From assembly GCA_964035545.1 (NCBI GenBank), contig OZ037770.1:8748973-8812972 (forward strand): DNA of 64,000 nt. Reading direction: 5' to 3'. The notes below the pieces were generated by a model. It was not told the origin of the DNA. It did no database searches and saw only the letters and a list, made by a program, of their open reading frames with translations. This document shows positions 61,453 to 64,000 of the stretch, one piece after another. The stretch is from Bugula neritina (lineage: Eukaryota > Animalia > Bryozoa). How positions within the stretch are numbered: position 1 is the stretch's first letter; each line of letters starts with the position of its first letter. The position numbers and the translations under genes are program-made.

Positions 61453-61636
61453 AAGTTTATAGCCACTATTTTTGTGAGAAATCTTAATGGAAAGATTTAC
61501 AGTTTAAAACGGGCTAAGAACTTATTCATATGTAGCATGCATTATGACTAGATGCTCTTCCTGACATCACCAATGGCCTTTGTCAGGTTCGAACCCATGA
61601 CGTTGTGTATGTTTACTAAGCCAAACCACCGGCTGC
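61453..61636 (-). mobile_element. tRNA-derived SINE
   Basis: agtttatagcc tail, gatgctcttcctgacatcaccaatggcc core, ggttcgaaccc box B. Confidence 0.8.
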
Positions 61637-62658
61637 GCCCTAATAGTTGAAAGCTATGGGCAGCATTAAAATGATTATATGCAGTATATAAAGCTTTATA
61701 AGTTTAAAAATGCAAGCAGAATAAATAAATAGCTTAAGAAGTTAACAATATCCTTAGAGCCAGCAACCCATTGCTGAAGTAAAGTGAACCTGATGAGCTA
61801 CGTGTTTTATCTTTAGATCAAAGGTGCTCTGAATTTTACACAAATACCCCAGTTCTGAAATATTTGAAGTAAAAATATAATAAAAGCTAATCAAGTGAAA
61901 AATTGAAGTAAACATTACTGTTAGTTTTTGGCCCACACCATAGCAACGATGAAGATTTAGTCTTAGACTCTCAGTATGCTTCGGCGCACTTAGTAGATAT
62001 ATTGGCAGTGATTGCAGATAGTTAATAGCTTTCACAAGATCCACTGTTTGGTTATTTGTTGCACCATCATTATAAAACATCAAACACCTCTTTATCACGG
62101 CAAGTAACAAAATTGAAAGAGTTCGGTAATTTATTGTGTCTTTGCATAATTTAATTACTTTGATGTTTTTATTACTGTATAGTTAGTTAGTGTAAAGTTA
62201 TTTGTAGCAGCTATTAGAGCAAAAATGTTAATTAAATTGTACTGGTTTCAGAGACTGCATCTTGTGTAATTTAGGAAAAATTCTAGGATCAGCACTGAGC
62301 TTAGGGTGACTGAGTGCAGAGTTTGCATCGACATACCTGTTCAAGCTATAAATTCCAACCAGTGCACTCAGCGATCACCGATGCAGTGCTGCTTCTAGCA
62401 ATACTCATAGCCTGAAGTGAGACTTTAGTTAGCTCTCCCTCTATAAATCAGCCATCTTTTTAAAGGCTAATCTAAATAATATCATGTAAAATGAAAAACT
62501 CACAACTGCTAAGAAAATTGTTGTTCTGCGGCTTTAAACCACAAAGTTGAGTTTTATTTTCTCCATAAAAATATTAGTTTAATATAGATTGGCATAAATT
62601 TTAAAAAATAAATATTGCATCTAGGACCTACATACTTGAGTTGTTTTATTGTGCTACC

Positions 62659-63284
62659 CAGGGATGTAGTGGTAAAAATATTCTTGGCCATACTCTCAGG
62701 CCGGGGGTCCAGGGGGCAGCCTAGGCCCCCGGCGGGGTCCGGGGCAGCGCCCCGGCGCCGAAGCCCTCAGAGCACTTCTGATGCAAATTTATGCAATTTA
62801 AAGCCATTGCGAATTATAATTCTTCTGATAAAAATCTGTGTTGAAATGTGCACCTCGCTATTATTTTCATACCGTACCAGCTACATGACGACTGGGCATT
62901 GCTGCAAACTATATAAATATTCAGTCTTGTCCTATACCTGTTGACTGTAATGTAATGTAATGTAGTCTTACTCAACTGCAGTTAGGTTTATTCTGACACT
63001 TAGTCCAACCTGTACAGAAAAATTGCTGAATATCTCAAAAAGATGGAAGGATAGAGGCAGGTAACAAGTGCTCTCCAAATGCAACCTGATTACTTTAAAT
63101 AACTAATACAGTGCCGTGCACAGAAAAAGAATAATAGATCAGAACAGAGGAAGATTGCTAATCAGAAAATGTGTGTTGGTTAATTATAAAGAGCAATTTG
63201 AGTTGATAACTCATTGGCAAGCAGAAATTGGTTGAAAACCTATTTGGAGTTTATTAGAGTACTAGTCTAATTCATAAGGTGATA
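62659..63284 (+). repeat. ~0.6-kb dispersed repeat, copy 2
   Basis: Highly similar to 19385-19991; similarity stops abruptly at a TA followed by another element. Confidence 0.8.
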
Positions 63285-63530
63285 GGGGTAATGGGGGGGG
63301 GGGCACAACGGGCCGAATTTTGCATTTGTTGCTCCCATTCGTCTGTTTTTCAAATTACTAGTTCAATAATCTCTAGTCTTAATGCTGCATCTGTTGTCTA
63401 TTACAGGTACCAGTTTGTTGTTTCTATCTCTCTCACAACTTTCAGAATAATGAAATTTTCATGACGAAAAAATTGGCCCATTGTGCCCCGGTACCGGGTA
63501 CAATGGGCCGCTGGGTGGGACACAACAAAT
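63285..63530. mobile_element. End of a probable TA-targeting DNA transposon (Tc1/mariner-pogo-like)
   Basis: TA|GGGGTAATGGGGG...GGCACAACGGGCC, with repeated subterminal motifs ggcccattgtgccc and ggtacaatgggcc; other end not identified. Confidence 0.45.
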
Positions 63531-64000
63531 ATATTGAAACTTTGCGTATTTTGTTACATCTGATCTTTATTTATTTAATATTATAAATAAATAAAGATAC
63601 TCTTTCAGGTCTACAGCAAAATTCATGTTTTAGCTGTACAGTTTGTACCACCACAGATAAAAAGGGGGGACAAAATCAAGCGCACATCACTCATTTCTAC
63701 GGTACCAGTTTCATTACTGTTTAGAACTAAAAATGTTTTTTCTATTTTCACTTCACAGGAACTTTCATCAGAAAAAACTTTAGTAACATGTACTATAAAA
63801 TTCCGAGTGGACTTTTTTCTATGAACTGTAGCTAAGGTGCATGCATGGCTGAGGTTTGTGACTGGAGTACGGAAGAGAGAGGGGGGAGCAAATGAGCAAA
63901 TCACAATTTATTTTAGTCAAATACATGTATATTCCCTCAATGGTGTAATATATAATGATTATCATGACTATCTACTAGTAGTAACAGCAGAGTGTTTTGT

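Noticed and set aside
58200-63904. Minus-strand gene from scattered ORFs (58250-58365, 61754..62110, 63623..63904)
   Set aside because: I could not build a phase-consistent exon chain or recognise any motif.

Overview
AT-rich, intron-containing animal (invertebrate-type) genomic DNA; the species cannot be determined from the sequence. From left to right: a frameshifted ankyrin-repeat exon; a full-length but decayed 7.9-kb Ty3/Gypsy LTR retrotransposon on the minus strand (LTRs 1717-2119 and 9205-9613, tRNA-Leu PBS, PPT, gag-PR-RT-RH-IN); an intronless SEA-like/EGF type-I membrane protein gene; a complete 4-exon Cdc42; and four further multi-exon genes rebuilt by hand with phase-consistent GT-AG introns. 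These four encode an unknown 313-aa protein, a 444-aa secreted protein with beta-trefoil-like motifs, a 578-aa GPI-anchored RGM-like vWD protein and a 118-aa tail-anchored protein. Repeats include about nine copies of a tRNA-derived SINE, two Harbinger-type MITEs, a 0.6-kb dispersed duplication and several mini/microsatellites. The top finding is a third, non-env gene inside the Gypsy element, between integrase and the 3' LTR, which appears to contain its own spliceosomal intron and encodes a ~316-aa zinc-finger/basic/coiled-coil protein. Other notable items: the RGM-like protein has lost the GDPH autocleavage motif but has a furin-type RKR just before it; a ~42-bp pseudoknot-forming micro-element recurs three times with TSDs; and a templated mutation removed the TATA-like box from the 5' LTR. 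All gene models and domain calls are manual and unverified by database search.
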